64,000 bases of DNA from Roseibacillus sp. (GTDB lineage: Bacteria; Verrucomicrobiota; Verrucomicrobiia; Verrucomicrobiales; Akkermansiaceae): positions 311,172-375,171 of the forward strand of contig CBDEUM010000030.1 of NCBI GenBank assembly GCA_965242925.1, read 5' to 3'. The first letter of the stretch is position 1. Each line of letters begins with the position of its first letter. The notes under the pieces were generated by a model. The model ran no database searches. It had not been told where the DNA came from and saw only the letters and a program-made list of their open reading frames with translations. This document shows, in pieces, positions 60,742 to 64,000 of the stretch. The position numbers were made by a program, and so were the translations under genes.

Positions 60742-62979
60742 ATGAGTAAGATCCTCATCACCATATTGCTGATCGTTTCAGTGGTCGGTCTCCAGGCCGC
60801 GACTCTCGTCATCGCCGATGAAAACTTCGACTCGGCACCGGAGAGCGATAATGGGCTCAATGCCGGGAATGCCAACGTCTCGGTGACAACAACCGCTGGT
60901 GATCCAACCGCCTCCGGGCACGGAAACGTCGGCTCAGTCGATATCGAACCAGGGGGTCGTTGGGGCGAAGTGCGCGCCCAGACCCAGAATATCGCAATCC
61001 CGGTGCAGTCGGTTCCGGGCCTCGACACCTTCACCGCGACTCTCGACGTCTACATCCCGGACGCAACGACCTTCGCTGCGACCGACCGGGTCGGAATCAT
61101 CCTCCGGTGGAACGGTTCGAATACGAACAACAACCAGATTTTCCAGGCCTGGGATAGTTTTGCTCCGGACTCATGGGAAACCATCACCCTGACCGGGACC
61201 CTGCCCCTCAATGGAGGTGACGGGCAACCGCTGAATTCCGTCGTTCCGATTATCAGCTTCGACGACAACCCGGCCGATGCGGCCCCCGGGATCGCCGCCC
61301 ATGTCGACAATTTCCAACTGAGCGTCACCTCAGCGGACGATGACCCAAACCTGGGCGCGCCTTCCGGACTCGCTTTTGGCGAACTCATCGAGGATGAGGG
61401 ACCGTTTGTGCGGATCCTGACGTTGAGCAACACCGGATCCTCCAACCCGCTCACCATCGAGGGGGCAACGCTCGCAGGAGCAAATCCCGGAGCGTTCTCT
61501 CTACCCGATGGAGCTTTCCCGTTGCAGATCGTAGCCGGAACGAGCGAAAGCATCGAAGTGACTTTTACTCCAGGGGGCAACCTTGGACTCTACGAGGCAA
61601 CGATCGATCTCGCGAGCAACGACCAGAACGATCCCTCCGTCATAGTCCCACTCACCGCCACCCTGATCCCCCCGTTCACCGGGGGAGAGCTGATCATTAA
61701 CGGCGATTTCGAACTGGGAGGCCTGGCAGCATGGCGGGACGATGCACGGTTCAATCATGTCTCCGATCCGGTCCACGCAGGCACAGGTGCCGCGGAGTTC
61801 AATCTCGCAGGGGGAGCCCAGTGGGGGGAAGCGCGACTCAACACCACTTCACCTCCGGCGACCTTCGGTGACTCCCAGGCCCTTGAGATCAGCGAGGACA
61901 TGATCGGCAAGAAATATCAGTATAGTGCCTGGTACCTTCGACCAACAACGGGAGGAATGGCGGAAGACGACACCGTTCGCACCATCCTGCGCTGGAACAA
62001 GAGTAACTCCAACAATCACACCCACGGAACCCTCACGGTGGGACAGATGCCTACCAATACCTGGGTTCAGGTGACAGGATCGGGAGTTGTCCCGGAGCTG
62101 GGCGGGGATGGACTGCCCACCACTTCGGTGGTGCCGCTCTGGAGCTTCCAGGACGTCGGTTCCAATGCGGTCGGAGGAGAGATCATGTACATCGACGACG
62201 TCAGCTTCAGGATCGAAGAACCTCCTCCCCCACCAAGGATCAGGATCACCGATGTCACCCTCGATGGCGACAATCTCGAGATCAGCTGGGAGAGCGAGGC
62301 CGGCACCTCCTACCGGCTTCGCAGTGAGACCGATCTCTCCGCTCCGGATCCTGCCACCTGGCCCGCCTTGGATCCCTTCGAGGACATTCGAGCCACCCCG
62401 CCGGTAAACACTGCGTCCATTCCTCTTCCCGCGGACAGCAACCGTTTCTTCGTGGTCGAGGGATATCCCACCCCCCCGGACCGGATCTTTTACGATGACT
62501 TCGAAAATGGCCAGGGAGCCTGGACCACCCTGGTCAATGATGCCAGCGAGAACACCTCGTGGGAGCTCGGTACACCCACCGGCTCCACCGGCCCGCTCAC
62601 TGGCGCGGATGATTCCGCCAACGCCTGGTGCACCAACCTCGGCGATTACGGAACCGGCTCCGACATCTCACTGCGCTCGCCTGCCATTGACCTCGCTGGT
62701 TTTGCCCAGCCGGAACTGAGCTTCGTGGCCTTCCGCGATGCAGATGGCTTCGGAGATACGGCCGAGGTGCGCTTCCTCCGTCTCGATGGCACCCAGATCG
62801 GGCCCTCGGTCCCCCTCGACATGACCTTGTTCGACACGGAGTTCACGACCATCGAAATCGCCGTCGATGCGGCCGCCATCGGTGAGACCATCCTCATCGA
62901 GTTCAACTTCGTCAGTGACGGCAGCGAGGACACCTTCAGCGGTCTTGCGATCGACAACGTCAGCGTGATCTCCAACTAG
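60742..62979 (+). CDS. Secreted multidomain protein: near-copy of the 59864 PEP-CTERM passenger domain, Ig-like domain, second diverged copy, internal beta domain, terminal jelly-roll domain
   Basis: Signal peptide; GGRWGEVRAQ...VVPIISFDDNPADAAPG shared with 59864-60517; LSNTGS..L.I (Ig-like); IFYDDFE...WELGTP...LRSPAIDL...GLAIDNV shared with 52093-55074. Confidence 0.85.
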   Translation: MSKILITILLIVSVVGLQAATLVIADENFDSAPESDNGLNAGNANVSVTTTAGDPTASGHGNVGSVDIEPGGRWGEVRAQTQNIAIPVQSVPGLDTFTATLDVYIPDATTFAATDRVGIILRWNGSNTNNNQIFQAWDSFAPDSWETITLTGTLPLNGGDGQPLNSVVPIISFDDNPADAAPGIAAHVDNFQLSVTSADDDPNLGAPSGLAFGELIEDEGPFVRILTLSNTGSSNPLTIEGATLAGANPGAFSLPDGAFPLQIVAGTSESIEVTFTPGGNLGLYEATIDLASNDQNDPSVIVPLTATLIPPFTGGELIINGDFELGGLAAWRDDARFNHVSDPVHAGTGAAEFNLAGGAQWGEARLNTTSPPATFGDSQALEISEDMIGKKYQYSAWYLRPTTGGMAEDDTVRTILRWNKSNSNNHTHGTLTVGQMPTNTWVQVTGSGVVPELGGDGLPTTSVVPLWSFQDVGSNAVGGEIMYIDDVSFRIEEPPPPPRIRITDVTLDGDNLEISWESEAGTSYRLRSETDLSAPDPATWPALDPFEDIRATPPVNTASIPLPADSNRFFVVEGYPTPPDRIFYDDFENGQGAWTTLVNDASENTSWELGTPTGSTGPLTGADDSANAWCTNLGDYGTGSDISLRSPAIDLAGFAQPELSFVAFRDADGFGDTAEVRFLRLDGTQIGPSVPLDMTLFDTEFTTIEIAVDAAAIGETILIEFNFVSDGSEDTFSGLAIDNVSVISN

Positions 62980-63008
62980 GCGCTTGTCCGCATCCAGCCC
63001 TTCTCGCG

Positions 63009-63045
63009 AGGCGGTGAAGCCACCTGGTTTCACCGCCTTTCCTTT
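63009..63045. terminator. Strong hairpin between convergent genes, likely terminator
   Basis: aggcggtgaagcca-cc-tggtttcaccgcct followed by ttccttt. Confidence 0.75.
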
Positions 63046-63234
63046 CCCCGTCCCGTCTAATTCCTGGTGGAGGTCTGCACGTCGCTCGCGCTCTCCGCTT
63101 CGATCTGCCTCGCCCCGCCCCAGGTCCAACCGCGAACGCGATCGCTCGTCCGCCATTTCGTCGTTAGATCATCAAAGGTCCCTGCACTCCTTCGGGGACG
63201 GTTTCCCCGGGGATGGTTTACTCAGGAATCGACC

Positions 63235-63579
63235 TCACCGCTTCCGCGTGAGCATGATTTCATTGCCCTCCGTGTCCACGCACATGGCGAGGTGCGGTGG
63301 TTCCCCATCCTCTTCCTGCGGCTCTCGTTTGAGTTCTCCCCCCGCAGCCACAATCTCGGCCGCTCCCTCGACCACGTCCGTGACCTGGAAGCTCATCCCG
63401 GTCCAGGTGCGTTTCCCTTCTCCGCCACCATGGATCCCGATGGTGTTCCCACAGACCTTGATCTCGGTCACATGAGGGTTCTGTTTGGTCACTTCCCCTC
63501 CAAATACCTCTCGGTAGAACTTCGCGCAACGCTCGGCGTCCGCGGCCCAGATAATGTATTTAACAGCCTCGACATTCAT
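63235..63579 (-). CDS. VOC/glyoxalase family protein
   Basis: D.ERC.KFYREVFG...FQVTDV...V.AGG...DTEGNEI; 114 aa. Confidence 0.88.
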   Translation of the reverse strand: MNVEAVKYIIWAADAERCAKFYREVFGGEVTKQNPHVTEIKVCGNTIGIHGGGEGKRTWTGMSFQVTDVVEGAAEIVAAGGELKREPQEEDGEPPHLAMCVDTEGNEIMLTRKR

Positions 63580-63600
63580 GGCGATGTTCTTCAGGGCAGG

Positions 63601-64000
63601 TTACTTAAACGCTTCCGCGCTCCAGACTTCCTCGATCATCTTGAAACCACGAGGATCGTATTTACGAAGTTCCTCGCGGTTATGGGGAAACCAGTCGTTG
63701 TGACCGAAGTAGGCCTCGGTCAGTTCGGCAAAGTATTCCTCGTGGTTGGTGGCGGCGTAAGCCTTGACCTTGCGGGACTTATCCCGGCGACTGGGCACCT
63801 GGAGATAGAGTCCCTCCTTCATCGCCGCCCGGTAGGCTGACCGGATGGACTTGTGGCTCAACTTGAGCTTCACGTTCTGGTAGGCGTGGGCCAGTTCGTG
63901 GAGGAAAGTCATCGGCCCCCATTCGAGGAAATTGTGTTCAAAGAAGACCGCCTCCGGGTTGATGACGTGCACGCCCGGGGCCATGTGGGGGTTGAGATTG
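63601..64000 (-). CDS. Zinc metallopeptidase-like protein (HExxH), partial; 5' end outside window
   Basis: LHELAHAY, YAATNHEEYFAE, FP.NREEL..YDP; frame stays open to the window edge. Confidence 0.8.
   Translation of the reverse strand, partial: NLNPHMAPGVHVINPEAVFFEHNFLEWGPMTFLHELAHAYQNVKLKLSHKSIRSAYRAAMKEGLYLQVPSRRDKSRKVKAYAATNHEEYFAELTEAYFGHNDWFPHNREELRKYDPRGFKMIEEVWSAEAFK

Noticed and set aside
59864..61330. Near-identical repeat pair as a diversity-generating retroelement template and variable region
   Set aside because: Differences are largely synonymous and not adenine-specific, and no reverse transcriptase gene is in the window.
66..63840. Many long overlapping or antisense ORFs in the track (for example 8326-9531, 11981-13216, 35670-36947, 52231-54174, 54852-56195)
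   Set aside because: They are shadow frames of real genes in GC-rich DNA, with skewed composition and no recognisable motifs.

Overview
GC-rich bacterial DNA with a PVC-superphylum gene set, most consistent with a Verrucomicrobiota (Verrucomicrobiales-like) genome. The taxon is inferred from gene content: three DUF1501 + DUF1549/DUF1553 modules, PEP-CTERM proteins, two giant lamin-tail/CotH surface proteins, three FG-GAP/ASPIC-UnbV lipoproteins and a sulfatase. No rRNA, tRNA, CRISPR array, integrase or transposase was found. Main observations: (1) ORFs 48013-49887 and 49909-51969 are in frame and separated by a single TGA. A SECIS-like hairpin follows immediately, so they may be one ~1318-aa selenoprotein (FG-GAP/ASPIC + TlpA-like redoxin + TPR). 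It lies divergently from an SCO-ASPIC fusion. (2) The first 31 kb is a mosaic of whole genes and truncated gene fragments. Its junctions are marked by dispersed pieces of one LRR-lipoprotein unit (upstream element, signal-peptide module, 3' module) and by 13-bp and 39-bp direct repeats. (3) The same passenger domains occur both in short PEP-CTERM proteins and at the N-terminus of large proteins that carry other C-terminal domains. (4) At least five genes have single-base frameshifts, which may be assembly errors.
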